Shown piece after piece: positions 43,073 to 57,345 of a stretch of 64,000 nt of DNA. The number at the start of each line of letters is the position of its first letter. The stretch's first letter is position 1. The notes under the pieces are model-generated. The model saw nothing but the letters and a program-made list of their open reading frames with translations, did no database searches and was not told where the DNA came from. The translations under genes were made by a program, and so were the position numbers. The DNA comes from the human T2T-CHM13v2.0 reference genome, Homo sapiens, in the NCBI RefSeq assembly GCF_009914755.1, contig NC_060932.1; one strand, 5' to 3'.

Positions 43073-43390
43073 GGCCGCACACAGTGGCTCATACCAGTAA
43101 TCCCAGCAATTTAGGAGGCTGAAGCAGGAGGATTGCTTGAGCCCAGGAGTTCACATCTGGGCTCGAAACCAGTCTGGGCAGCATAGTGAGACCCCATTTT
43201 ATTTTCTACAGATAATTTAAAATTTAGCCATGTGTGGAGGCATGCGTTTGTGGTCCCAGCTACTCAGGGGGCTGAAGTGGGAGGACCTCTTGAGCCTGAC
43301 AGCTCAAGCTGTTGTGAGCTGTAATCATGCCACTGCACTCCAGCCTGCACAAAAAAGTGAGACTCTGTCTCTCAAAAAAAAAAAAAAAAA
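43073..43390 (+). mobile_element. AluJ upstream of DEFB103
   Basis: ggaggattgcttgagcccaggagtt (J-type) and an A-tail. Confidence 0.9.
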
Positions 43391-43922
43391 TGAAAGAATG
43401 AGACATGTTTCACTCAAATTATAGCACCCCATCATAGGCCAAGGGCCAGGTGGTCAGCTAACCTTGAATGTAGCCCATTTTCCTCCCTTACCTCACTACC
43501 AAAAAGCCAGTCCTATTGCCAGATATTGAATATGTCCAGGGCTGGATTTATTTGGTCCCCAGGAGGGTCTTAGACTCTCCCAGCATTTTAGGAAGAGAAA
43601 AAAAGCTCCAAAGCAGCAAAGTACGGACAAGTCAGCCCCCAGCCACATGCCCTGAGACTATTCCCCAAAGGGGGCATACTTGCTCATGCCAGCCCTATCT
43701 GTACCCACAACCCAATCTGACCCACACCCAGACAAGCCCCTGGAGTCCAGAGAGCACCCGGACAGCCACAAATCCATAGGGAGCTCTGCCTTACCATTGG
43801 GTTCCTAATTAACTGAGTGAGTGGGTGTGTTCTGCATGGTGAGAGGCATTGGAATGATGCATCAGAAAACATGTCATAATGTCATCACTGTAATATGACA
43901 AGAATTGCAGCTGTGGCTGGAA

Positions 43923-43964
43923 CCTTTATAAAGTGACCAAGCACACCTTTTCATCCAGTCTCAG
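43923..43964 (+). promoter_or_regulatory. DEFB103 core promoter (TATA plus initiator)
   Basis: CCTTTATAAAG, a 21-nt gap, then CCAGTCTCAG, ending 22 nt before the ATG. Confidence 0.8.
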
Positions 43965-43986
43965 CGTGGGGTGAAGCCTAGCAGCT

Positions 43987-44044
43987 ATGAGGATCCATTA
44001 TCTTCTGTTTGCTTTGCTCTTCCTGTTTTTGGTGCCTGTTCCAG
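43987..44044 (+). CDS. DEFB103A: Beta-defensin 103 (hBD-3), coding exon 1
   Basis: Encodes MRIHYLLFALLFLFLVPVP+G; 58 nt; donor ccag|gtaaga; TATAAA at 43927. Confidence 0.97.
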
Positions 44045-44198
44045 GTAAGATGGGCTGGGAAATCTAAGGATTGATCTAATTGAGAATATATAATTCAGAG
44101 TCAGTATTTCTCCATCCTTCAGAGTGCTTTGGACCAAGCAGGTTTGTTGTATGGGAACTAGGCATCACCACTTTTTTTTCAGACAAGAATCATTAAGA

Positions 44199-44495
44199 GG
44201 CCAGGTGCGGTGGCTCATGCCTGTAATCTCAACACTTTGGGAGGCCGAGGTGGGCGGATCAGGAGGTCAGGAGTTCAAGACCAGCCTGGCCAAGATGGTG
44301 AAACCCCATCTCTACTAAAAATACAAAAATTATCTGGGCACAGTGGCGGGCACCTGTAATCCCAGCTACTCGGGAGGCTGAGGCAGAGAATTGCTTAAAC
44401 CTGGCAGGCGGAGGTTGCAGTAAGCCGAGATCACGCCACTGTCCTCCAGACTGGGTGACAGGGTGAGAGTACGCCTCAAAAAAAAAAAAAAAGAA
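44199..44495 (+). mobile_element. Alu in the DEFB103 intron with a perfect 14-bp TSD
   Basis: aagaatcattaaga at 44185-44198 and 44496-44509. Confidence 0.96.
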
Positions 44496-44987
44496 AAGAA
44501 TCATTAAGAAACTAAATAGCTCCCCAAAGCTATCTCTTTCCCCAACTCTTCAAGGGAAGATTATTATACCAGCTGATGAGACATGAATCAGACATAAAAG
44601 TTTAATGTAGCAGGAAAGATTGATTTACTCTGAGAATAGAAGCACAGGCTCCTGTTCTACTAAGTGCAATGGTTGGAGGTGGAGTGTTGGGGCTACCTCT
44701 GAGGACACCACAGCCTCAGCACCCCCACTGTTCCTGCGGCAGTCACAGGGTCACGCCACTTCCCCGGTGCCACTGTGGGTCCACAGCTGAGCTGCAGCCT
44801 TAGAAACATTGTCTATGGGTTGTGTAGTCATACCTTCATCTTCCTCCTGATTTTATAGAAAAAGGAAAAAGAAACAAAAGAATACAAGAAAAGCAAGAGA
44901 TGAGTTATTTGAGGAATTCCACAAGCCTTGTACGTGTACCAAAAGCCTTCCTAAAACCTTTCCGTGTGTGCTGTTTTGTCATTGCAG

Positions 44988-45133
44988 GTCATGGAGGAAT
45001 CATAAACACATTACAGAAATATTATTGCAGAGTCAGAGGCGGCCGGTGTGCTGTGCTCAGCTGCCTTCCAAAGGAGGAACAGATCGGCAAGTGCTCGACG
45101 CGTGGCCGAAAATGCTGCCGAAGAAAGAAATAA
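44988..45133 (+). CDS. DEFB103A: Beta-defensin 103 (hBD-3), coding exon 2
   Basis: Acceptor ttgcag| then [51 protein letters not shown]. Confidence 0.98.
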
Positions 45134-47377
45134 AAACCCTGAAACATGACGAGAGTGTTGTAAAGTGTGGAAATGCCTTCTTAAAGTTTATAAAAGTAAA
45201 ATCAAATTACATTTTTTTTTCAAAAAAAATTAGGAGCTTGATTTTTTTTTTTAAATCTGATTATTTTGGTACTTGTTTCCAAACAGACAACTCAGAAAAT
45301 CTTAAGGACTCACCTTTCGTTCAAAGAAAGTAGAATCTCTGGAGAAATCTATAAGGGAGCCCAACCTTATTATCCAAGGGTTATCAGGTTCTATTCCTAC
45401 TTTGTGAACGTTATGCCCCAGTGAAGTTGGACTCTTCACTCTCTTGGAATATGCCCTTTGCTTTCATGTCATCCAAGCCTTGGGCCTTTTCAGTCCCTCT
45501 ACCCCAAATGGCATCTCTCCACCAAATCTATCTCTAAGGTTTTCATGCATCCCTCAGGGGCTATCCCAATTCCTTCCAAAAACTTTGTCTTCAGAGAAAT
45601 AAGGAAACTGGCTCTTCCTCAGATATTCACTTTGCTTTCTCTCACCCATGCCTCTGCTCTGGTTGACCTCATGTCTGCCTCACTCCTCCAACTTCATCTC
45701 TAAACTTTAACCTGTCCTTCAGGGACCGTCTCACATTTTATCTCCACCTTAAAAACACAGGTGATTTCCCAAATGCTTACAGTCTTTCCTCTGGTTCACC
45801 ACAGGGTTCTGACTTGAGTCCTCCATCTACAACCCTTGCTTGGTTTTTACATTGCGTACAGTGACATATTGCCAATCTCCATATTAGATTTTGTGAGCCT
45901 TAAAAGCAAGGAGTTTGTCTTAATTCTTCCTGTACTGCTTGTAAAGTGCCCTGAGCATGAAGGCTGCTCAACAAGTATTTATGAATTGAAGTACATTCAA
46001 ACGATTTATTGATTGAATTATCTTTAATCATTCAAATGATTTGGAGGTACTGCAGTTTAACTATCTAGTGCTCTCTCAACGTTGATGCAGTAGGATTCCA
46101 GCAAATGGAGTGTGTGGTTTTTCATACCTGACACCAGACCCCAGTCATGGCTCCATGTATGGAGAAAAGACAATACAACAAGGCTCTTAGGAAGAAAGGC
46201 TCAAGGGCTCAAAAAGATGAGACTGCTCCTCACTTTACATCCAAAATGGCCTCACTGCTATGGGAATCTCCCTCTGACAGCAGACAAAAGGGAACCTGTC
46301 AAGATGTGTGACAGCTGTGTTCAGACATTGGATAATAAGCAGTGCAACAGACCAATGAAGTGAGACTTTCGATTGCCCCCAGCTCACTACAGCAGCAGGG
46401 TCCAGACCACAGCACACAGAGGAAGACTCAAACGAAGTCCAGCAATCCTGAAGCATTGAAGAGACTGAAATCAAACTTCCCAAAGCACAAGACACCCCCA
46501 CTTCCAGGGCAGAATAGCAGAGAGAGGGTGCCTAGAAGGAAGCAAGGCCCCGAAGTGTTGGTGGTGGGGGCAGGGACACATGGTAAATCTTCAGTCCTGG
46601 GCTGTGTTTTCATGTGAGCACGCTTGGGGTAAGACTTCACAAGGCTAGAGGCAAAGAAAAACACCCAAAAGGGATTGGATAACAATTTTAGGAGCACTAA
46701 AGGCTGGAAAAATTTTCATTCCCACTAGCAAAGTGGAGAGACTGCAGAGTCCTTGGGCAACTAACACATTAGTAGTAGTGCTATTTGGCTCTAGATTAAA
46801 TTGTTCTGCAACCACTCTAACAAATTTTTTTCTAAACCATTCTTGAAAGGACCAGACTGATCTATGAGAAACTTAAATGTGGGACAGAATAAAGCCTAAC
46901 GTTCTTCAAAGAAAAACAACTAAATCCATCACTCAACAGTTTGTGCTTTATAGCACACTGAATCTAATAAAAAATTAGCTGCTATGCAGGAAAATATGGT
47001 CATAATCAAGAGAAAAATCATTCAGTAAAAACAGATCCAGAAATGACAAGGATACTAGGATCAGCAAAAAAAGATTTAAATGAGCTATTATAAATGTTAT
47101 AAATATGTCCAAGTTTGAAGAGAAAAACTGTTCATGATGAGTGAGAGATATAAAGAGACAAATGGAATTTCCAGAGATTAAAAATAAACATCTGAGTAAA
47201 AGATACTATGAATTGGATTGTGGCATATATTCCAAAATAAAGATCAGTAAACCTGAGTTTATATTACTACAAATGAATGAAGAAATAGTACAAAGAGAGG
47301 AGAAAAGGGCTGGAAAATAATAAGCAGTGACCTGTGCAGAAACATCAAGCAATCTAGCAACTATGTGTGTTTAGACA

Positions 47378-47673
<296 letters not shown>

Positions 47674-47867
47674 GTTTTGAGAGAGAGGATAGAGCTAAGG
47701 AAGGAATGGCCTATTGTTTTCCAAATTTGGTGAGACTATAAACACACAAATTTACCACATGAAGACATCCAAGTTGAAATATGAAACATGAAGAAAACCA
47801 CATGAAACATATCATAATCAAAGTATTTTAAATCAGTAATAAAAAGAAAATTTTAAAAGCAGCCTGA

Positions 47868-48170
47868 GGGCGGGCACAGCGGCTCATGCCTGTAATCCCA
47901 GCACTTTGGGAGGCCAAGGTGAGTGGATCACCTGAGGTCAGCAGTTTGAGACCAGCCTGGCCAACATGGTAAAACCCTGTCTCTACTAAAAAAAAAATAC
48001 AAAAATTAGCCAGGCATGGTGGCACGCACCTATAATCCTAGGTTACTCAAGAAGCTGAGGCAGGAGAATCTCTTGAACCCAGGAGGCGGAGATGGCAGTG
48101 AGCCGAGATCACCCTACTGCACTCCAGCCTGAGCAACAGAGAGAGACTGCGTCTCAAAAACAAAAATAAA
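47868..48170 (+). mobile_element. Alu with TSD
   Basis: Dimeric Alu; flanks aaaagcagcctga and aaaagcagtctga. Confidence 0.93.
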
Positions 48171-49656
48171 ACTAAAAAGCAGTCTGAAAGGAGACATATT
48201 ACTTACAGAAGAACAAAACGTTAAGTGTTATCTTCAAATGCCGAAAGAAAAAAAATGTTCTCTTAGAAATCCACCCCAGCAAAAGTATATTTCTAAAAAA
48301 AGGGTAAACACATAATCAAATAATAAGTAAAGGCATTTTCCAGTAGCAACAATAAAAGCTAAGAGAATTCCTCACCAGCCAGTCTGTACTATAAAATGCA
48401 AAGATAAGTTTTTTGGCAGAAAGGGAAGATGCTAGGTAGAAATTTGATTCCATATGATGAAAAGAGCATGCTGTGAACATTCTAGAAGCTCCTTAAAGAG
48501 AGAGATTGTCAGTTCAGTAAAAAGCAAGACCCAACTACATGCTGTCTATAAAAACCCACTTTATATATAAACTTTAAGAACAAACTTAGAGTAAAAATAA
48601 AAGGATGGAAAGAGATATAATATGAAAACATTAGTATAAAGAAAATAGGATTGGCTATACTGGCTCATTGACATAAATTAGGGTAGATTTTAGAGCAAGG
48701 GGTATTATCAGTAATAGGGAGAGATATTTTTCCTAATGATAAAGTGGTTACATCACCAAGAACAGATATTAATATTAAATCAGTGTGTGCCCCTAATAAC
48801 AGAATTTTGAAATTCTTAAAGAAAAATCAATAGACATTAAAGAAATAGACAAATTAGCAATTGCAATTAGACAATTCAACACTTCTCTTCCTGTAAGAGA
48901 TTTTTTAAAGCAGACAAAATATTAGTAAAGGTAGAGAAGTCTTGAGCAACGCTACCGTCCAGCACAACCTATTTGAGATTTATAGAACACTCTACCAAAT
49001 AACAGCAGAATGCATTAAAATATTACCCAATAGAGCTCATACTAACCTATGAAACGTCTAAAAAAATCAACATAGTTTAAAGTTATACAAAAGACAGTGT
49101 CTATCTACAGTGGAATTTACAAAACTATCAATACAGAGAGTCATCTGGAAAAATCTCCATATATTGGGACATCAATGAACATGTATCTAAATGGTCCAGA
49201 GGAGAAATCACAAGATACTTTAGAAAATATGTTCAACTGATAGAAAATGAAACCATAACATATCAAAATTTGCGGAAGTGCCACTAAAGTGGCTCTTGGA
49301 GACAAATTTATAATTAAATGCTATTATGATAGAAAGCAGAAAAGCTCACAAATAGACAATTTAAGTTTCCACTGTAAGAAACGGTAAGGGAAAAGGGAAC
49401 AAACTAAACCCAAAGTAAATAAGAAAAAGAAAAAAAAAGAGAAAAAGAAAAAGTGAATAAAAAGAAACTGGACACAAAAAACATTAAAAATTAGTAAATA
49501 AAAGCTGATTCCTTGAGAGGATCCATACAATTGTGAGAACTCTCAATAGGTTCATTAAGGGGTAAAGAAATTACTGTAAGTCTCAGGTGCACACCCAGGC
49601 TTCAGGCAGGCAGGAAACAGATTACATCTGCGTTTTAGGGTCATATAGACGAGCCG

Positions 49657-49670
49657 CCACGAGGTGGCAG
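49657..49670 (+). promoter_or_regulatory. Candidate CTCF site
   Basis: CCACGAGGTGGCAG matches the CTCF core CCACNAGGTGGCAG and sits in a small CpG-retaining patch. Confidence 0.65.
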
Positions 49671-50065
49671 TAACTGCGCGCTCATTCCCTCACCTCCTGC
49701 AAGACCAGGCCAGCCCAGGCTCTGGACTCACCACTCAGCTCAGAAGATGGAAGAGGGTGACAGTAGCTCCATGGACTTTGGCTTTAGGCAGAGCGTTACT
49801 GTAGCTTTGGGGTTGTAGGAGGATGAAGAGGGGAGGTTATCAGGACACCATGATGATTGTGTGGCGCTGGTTAGGAACATGGGCTTTGAAGAGAGGGGGA
49901 TTTTATTTCAAATTGCATCTTTGCCACTTAGTAGCCAGGTGACCTTGAACGTGTCCTCCAACATTTCCATGCCCCAGGAGCTGCCTCTGTAAGCTTGCGT
50001 AATACCTACCTGGCAGGCTTGTTTCTGAGGATTTAATAAGATAACTAATATAAAAATGGCCATAG

Positions 50066-51784
50066 CAGGGCTGGCCGCAAAATTCCTAAGTTTCAGTGCG
50101 AAATGGAAATGCAGGGTACCATGGTTTAAAGAGCAGAAAAAGAAAGTGTAATGAAAGGCAGTAGGATATTAAGCTTTTTCAAACAAATATTTTTCATTGT
50201 TTGAAAAATGTAATAGTTATACAGGAGTAATGACAGAATCTTACAAATCTCCACCAGAAATTAATTTCATAGTTTTAATAGAATAAAAATACTACTCTAT
50301 TAATTGGATTTAGATGAATCATACAATTTTTCTGGCCCACTTTTCTGTCAAATAATATATTAGGACAACAAACTTTATACCTTGAGCAACTTCATTTTAT
50401 CTTTTGGGAAGAATCTGCTGAAGCAACTGTTTCTGGAATATATTCCAAGCTGTGACAACATGAGGATAAATTATTTTGAAACAGATTTTAGTATATCTGG
50501 AGCTGGTGATTCTTGTGAAACAATTTGTCTCAAAAGATTTAACTCTTTAAACAAATCAGTTTCATGTAAATTTGAATCTAATTTTAAGTGTCAATTTCTC
50601 CAGCGGAATTTTGATGCATCTTCTGACATGTTCTGTAAGTTGCAGAGGCCCACAGCAGACCAATATGGCATCATGATTTGTAACTTATTCAAAACCCCTG
50701 TTTATGAATTCTATTGCTATGTATTTATTAACAAGAAAAACTTAATTTTTAAAATTGCCCTCCTTGTTCATAATTGATTAATCAGAAGGTTTTTGTTTGT
50801 TTGTTTGTTTGTTTTTTGTTTTTTGACAAGGTCTGTATTTTTCAGGCTGGAGTGCAGTGCTACGATCATTGCTCACTACAGCCTCAAACTCCTGGACTCA
50901 TGTAATCCTCATACCTCAGCCTCCCAAGAAGCTAAGGCTACGATCATGTGACACTATGGCCAGCTAATCTTTATTATCTTTATTATCATTATTTGTAGAG
51001 ATGGTGTCTAGTTATACTGCCCAAGCTAGTATCCAACACCTGGCCTCAAGGAGTCCTCTGACCTGAACCTCACAACGTGCTGGGATAACAGGCGTGAACC
51101 ACCATGCCTGGCCCATCAGAAGTTTTATACAAATATAGCATCCTTCTCTGTTGAATGTGACTACTATTACATGTTTAATTTCCATTTCTGAGCCTTGGAT
51201 AATGCCTTAAAGAATTCTAAACTCTCTGAAGAATTCCAAGAACTTCCTGGTATACTTTATTGCAATGTCCATGGGCACACTTTTGTTTTGTGCTTCTCTC
51301 CTCCCAGTTTGCTATCTGAGCACCTATGGTTCCTGTCCTGGTGCTCAGGTCAGGGGGTAAATCTTTGTGCAGAAGCTCCAAGGATGACTCTGAGAATGCA
51401 CAGGCACAGAGGTGTCAGTGCTGCCTCCACACAGAGACACTCCATTCACCCCAGGGCTGAGGACACCTGCTGCTGCTGCTGCTGCTGCCACCTCCCATCC
51501 CAGTCCAGATGTGCCTGGGCTGCTCCAAGAATGCCTATGCTCAGGGCAGCAAAGCTCTAGAACGTCCCTGGGCCTGAGCCTGCCCAACTTGTCTCCCCTC
51601 ATAGCCACTCTTCCCATGTGCCTGCTCCATTGTCCTCAGTAAGCTTCACTTACAAAACACAAGTTCAAAGAAAAAACTAAGAAAGTCAGGGAGCTATCAG
51701 CAGAGCCTGACACCAGGTACCGGCCCTTCTCAGAGCAGATTCGTGTGTCACTGCCCTGCCTTCAAGCCCATGAAGCTGGCTCTG
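50066..51784. mobile_element. MER45-family (hAT-Tip100) element, long form, interrupted by an AluJ
   Basis: Ends cagggctggc...cagtgcgaaatggaaatgcaggg and ggcccttct...gcccatgaagctggctctg, with an internal transposase-like relic. Confidence 0.7.
50790..51114 (-). mobile_element. AluJ
   Basis: Diverged reverse Alu with a (TTTG)n tail. Confidence 0.88.
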
Positions 51785-53087
51785 CCTCCAGAATTGAGAA
51801 CCAGTAAAACTGCTTCTGTTACTTAACATTGAGGACATAATGCAGAGAAACTTTGTTTTCTAAATCATAGAGATGAGAGAGTTTGCTTTCTGGGAGCCTA
51901 TCTATAAGAATGAGGCTTCCCACTCTTGCCTGGGGAACTGAACCATTTTGCCACAAAGAAACAGCCTGAAATTCTCTCCCCAGTTATAGAGATAGGTTTG
52001 GGGACACAGCACAGGTCATGTTTCATTAAAAGACAGCATAGTGAGTCTATTTGTCAGTTAGACTTGATGGTTCCCATTTTACACACAACCTGGCTTTGCT
52101 TTTAGCTCATTAAGAAAAAGAAAAGTCATGTATATTTTACCAAATCTTGACATGTCCCCAAATCCTAGAATTGCTGCATCTCTGGTTTTGGTGAAGAGCC
52201 CCATGGTTCTGCCAGTGGATGGTCTTCCTTGCTGAAGCAAGATCATAACCCTACCTTTAAAACAAAGATGCCCCTCTATTGGTCCTTATCAAACACACTT
52301 CATCACTAGGATGAACACAGCTGTGAAGGAGTCACACTGGGCTGTGCCAGGAGAAAAGAAGCAGCTGCAACCGTAGGAATCTTCATGGGAACAGTCAGCC
52401 CAGCTGTCCTTGAGCAACCAGGCACATATTCCCTAAGCCTTGGTGGCTTCTTCCCCAGGGACACAGGTGCTGCATTTCACAGTGACTTTCCTATTTCAGA
52501 GTAATTTCACCTCCTTCTCTAACAAGGCCTCACAAATGTACTGAGAGTTAGAGAGGACAACAAGTGAAAAACCACAGTGCTATCGGTGGTTCCTGGGATT
52601 GGAACAGGTTTGTAGGAAAAATTCACTCTCTTTTATGGGTGAGTTTTTAAATGTGAGTGTATTACTTTTATAATAATAATGTTAAGCATGGTAGTCATTA
52701 AGAATGTATCGATCAGGAATGAAGTCTCACGTGAAAAAGATGGCAACCAGGCCCTTAATTCAAACTCTAAGCCCCAATAAGGTTCTTCTCATAGTACCAT
52801 GACATTTCCTTAAGAATATTTACTCAACAAATTAAGAGACATGACAACCTGATTTGATGTGCAAATCTAGATTAAACATGTATCCAGAAACATCAACAGC
52901 CATGAAGCCATGGTTGGAACAATTGGAGAAATGTGAAATATTGACAAGATAATAAATAACATTGAGGAACTAGTTTTCTTAATGTGTGTAAATTATATTG
53001 TGTTTGATGTGGAAATGTCCCCTCATATGTAAGAGATTCTGCTGAGATAATTACAGTGAAGTGTCATGATGTTTGCGTCTTTCTTTT

Positions 53088-55333
<2,246 letters not shown>

Positions 55334-55651
55334 TGCCTCTTACTTTCTAAAGGTGACATAGCAAATATACAAAAAAAAATAAATAAATTATTAATTTAGG
55401 TAGAGCACATAAAGGCTTTATTTCATATTCCATTTCTCTGTATGCTTTCTTCACCAGGAAGAAATAGTTTTAGTGTCAGGAATGAATGAGTCTGCCCCTC
55501 AATTCCAGCCTGCTCAACACACAAGGAAACAAAGCCCTGACAATCAGAGTGACTCCCTGGTGACTAAGCTCCAGTCCTGGATGCATATTTGTTTAGCAGT
55601 TCTGACAGCATTTGACCCAGCCCTCTCTTTGCATACCCCATCAGAACCTTC

Positions 55652-55893
55652 TTTTTTTTTTTTTTCTTTGAGACTGAGTCTTGCTCTGTCGGAAGCGACT
55701 CCTGTGCCTCAGCCTCCCAAATACCTGGAATTATAGGCGTAAGCCATCATGCCTGGCTAATTTTTGTATTTTTCATGGAGATGGGGTTTTGCCATGTTGG
55801 TCAAATTGGTCTCACACTCCTGACCTCATGTGATCCACCTGCCTCAGCCTCCCAAACTGCTGGGATGACAGGTGTAAGCCACCATGCTAGGCT
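55652..55893 (-). mobile_element. Alu with an internal right-arm deletion
   Basis: ttgctctgtc is joined directly to aagcgactcctgtgcctcagcc. Confidence 0.88.
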
Positions 55894-56021
55894 CAGAAAT
55901 TTCCTTTTATAAAAATGTCATTAAGGATCTTGGCTGCACAATATCGTTACCAGCTTCCTTTAAATCCACCTCTGGCCTGCCAGGAATCAGGGTTCTTCAG
56001 AACCTGACATTTTAAATGAAG

Positions 56022-56036
56022 AGGTCAGGCAGGTCA
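56022..56036 (+). promoter_or_regulatory. DR3 vitamin D response element of DEFB4
   Basis: AGGTCA-ggc-AGGTCA about 1.23 kb upstream of the DEFB4 start, consistent with the known hBD-2 VDRE. Confidence 0.85.
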
Positions 56037-56656
56037 TGAGGAAAGCCTCATTGTCCCCATGTCTCTGTCACTGCTGCACCCCTGAGACATCACAGACATG
56101 GACACTGGGGCCTGCTTGTTTCTCAAACTGCCCTTAGATCGAAAGAGGGAGGAACCAGGATGAATGCCACTCATTTTCCCAAGAAAGGCCCTCTCCTGAG
56201 TGCCCGGGATGGGGCTCTGTCCATTGCCTGGGGCCGCCAATTGCTACTCTGGGTTACGGAGGAAGGACAGGGTCCTGAGAGACACCAGAGACCTCACACA
56301 GCCCTGAAAACATGGGGCTCCTTCATAAGTGTTTCCCATCACCAACAGGGAGACCACGTGGAGGCCTTGCAGCCCCACTCGGTGCTTCTCCACCAAATCC
56401 CAAGGGCAGTGACACTGACGTCTGTGGAAAGCAGAGAAAGCCCTGGCTCCCAAAGCCCTGAAGTCCTGTGGAGCTGACATTCCCTGAGTGACGGTGTGAA
56501 TGGAAGGAACTCAAGTGCGGTGGTAGGCCACCTCCTGGCCCAGGCCTGGGTGAACTCTGAGGGGACACATGTAGTCACAATCCCATCCTCCCATTCTCCT
56601 TCTCAGAGGAAGGAAGTGGGCATCCATCTGCCTCATCTCTCTCCCGTGGGGAAGAT

Positions 56657-56678
56657 GGGGAGTTTCAGGGGAACTTTC
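56657..56678 (+). promoter_or_regulatory. Distal tandem NF-kB sites of DEFB4
   Basis: GGGGAGTTTC and GGGAACTTTC about 590 nt upstream of the start. Confidence 0.75.
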
Positions 56679-57047
56679 ACATAAATTTCACCAGCTCAGA
56701 TCTCCTGTGAGGATGGGGCCCACCATGCTCCCGGTGCTGCCAGAGGCCCTGAGCCCCTCCCAGGGTCCCTGGGTTTGAGCCAGCCCTGTATCATCCCCAG
56801 GAGCTGAATGTCCGAGCAATGGATAGAATTAGATGGAAAGAGCTCTCAATTTGGCCTGAGACTGTCCCCAGATACTCAGGAAAAACAGGACGTCGCACAG
56901 AGTGGGCAGCAGGTGAGTGGCAGGTTATAGGTCCTGAGTTTGAGTTTGTTCTCACGTGAGACAGACCCAGCCCCTCACTCCATTCACACACTGGGTTTTA
57001 AATGGTGCAAGATAGGAGGAATTTTCTGGTCCCAAGAGCAGGAGGAA

Positions 57048-57131
57048 GGGATTTTCTGGGGTTTCCTGAGTCCAGATTTGCATAAGATCTCCTGAGTGTG
57101 CATTGTTCTTTGAGGACCATTCTCTGACTCA
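57048..57131 (+). promoter_or_regulatory. Proximal DEFB4 inflammatory module: two NF-kB sites, octamer/C-EBP and AP-1
   Basis: GGGATTTTCT 57048, GGGGTTTCCT 57058, ATTTGCATAA 57076, TGACTCA 57125. Confidence 0.85.
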
Positions 57132-57218
57132 CCAGGTAAGTGGCTGAATTCTAACCTCTGTAATGAGCATTGCACCCAACACCAGTTCTGAACTCTACCT
57201 GGTGACCAGGGACCAGGA

Positions 57219-57259
57219 CCTTTATAAGGTGGAAGGCTTGATGTCCTCCCCAGACTCAG
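57219..57259 (+). promoter_or_regulatory. DEFB4 core promoter (TATA plus initiator)
   Basis: CCTTTATAAGG, a 20-nt gap, then CCAGACTCAG. Confidence 0.8.
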
Positions 57260-57287
57260 CTCCTGGTGAAGCTCCCAGCCATCAGCC

Positions 57288-57345
57288 ATGAGGGTCTTGT
57301 ATCTCCTCTTCTCGTTCCTCTTCATATTCCTGATGCCTCTTCCAG
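57288..57345 (+). CDS. DEFB4A: Beta-defensin 4 (hBD-2), coding exon 1
   Basis: Encodes [19 protein letters not shown]+G; 58 nt; donor ccag|gtgaga; TATAA at 57223. Confidence 0.97.

Noticed and set aside
44900-44987. N-terminal extension of the 77-aa ORF ending in hBD-3
   Set aside because: It is intron sequence upstream of the clear ttgcag acceptor; the real N-terminus is exon 1 at 43987.
56910-57141. Two consensus splice donors (CAG|GTGAGT, CAG|GTAAGT) upstream of the DEFB4 TATA
   Set aside because: No associated exon or acceptor could be supported; isolated donors are common.
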